From the NCBI GenBank assembly GCA_000442015.1, contig KE560959.1:245097-265096 (forward strand): a stretch of DNA of 20,000 nt, written 5' to 3'. The notes under the pieces were generated by a model. It searched no databases and was not told where the DNA came from. It saw nothing but the letters and a program-made list of their open reading frames with translations. Positions 19,849 to 20,000 of this stretch are shown piece after piece (within the stretch, counting starts at the first letter, position 1; the number at the start of each line of letters is the position of its first letter). The stretch is from Rozella allomycis CSF55. Lineage: Eukaryota. A program made the position numbers and the translations under genes.

Positions 19849-19897
19849 TAGTGACAAATAAATAAATTAAATTACTGTTTCTTATCCTTTAGATTTT

Positions 19898-20000
19898 ATG
19901 ACTAACATTGTAAAGCGAGCTACTAGCGCAAGCACAAAATTGCAAATATATTTCAACGAAATGTACCAAAACTGGCTTGATGCAGAAACTAGTGCGCGGA
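19898..20000 (+). CDS. 5' end of a probable further gene (MTNIVKRATSASTKLQIYFNEMYQNWLDAETSAR...), unidentified
   Basis: ATG 19898 opens a stop-free frame to the window end, about 50 nt after the Acinus stop, matching local gene spacing. Confidence 0.4.
   Translation, partial: MTNIVKRATSASTKLQIYFNEMYQNWLDAETSAR

Noticed and set aside
1..20000. Stop-codon reassignment or widespread pseudogenisation explaining the fragmented ORFs
   Set aside because: Almost every break is resolved by a 25-33 nt GT-AG intron, and TAA, TAG and TGA all act as true stops.

Overview
AT-rich, extremely gene-dense eukaryotic nuclear DNA using the standard code. Hand-splicing gives roughly 70 tiny (about 25-33 nt) GT-AG introns and intergenic gaps often of only 16-70 nt. 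The gene content (IFT46, CEP104, kintoun/DNAAF2, a CSPP1-like repeat protein) implies a flagellated organism. The compaction resembles an early-diverging fungal relative such as Rozella/Cryptomycota; this is inference, not checked. In order: 3' end of an unknown gene, tRNA-Ser(UGA), TSG101/Vps23, TMEM42, CSPP1-like repeat protein, RRN6/TAF1C-like, CEP104, VPS37A-like, CCDC124, IFT46, RNF212/Zip3-like RING, eIF3c, a tail-anchored thioredoxin, TrpRS, Acinus-like, and the start of another gene. TSG101 is split by an N-flanked 1.5-kb block carrying a kintoun 5' part and an Asterix/WDR83OS gene, with a 7-bp duplication at the junctions, probably a scaffolding artefact. Most notable: a GAA(A/T)(A/T)TTC-like element just upstream of most start codons, divergent genes with ATGs only 19 and 22 nt apart, GAG acceptors plus a candidate GT-TG intron, and a thioredoxin with an SHP-like box and membrane tail. 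I found no mobile element, CRISPR array or wholly new multi-gene system.
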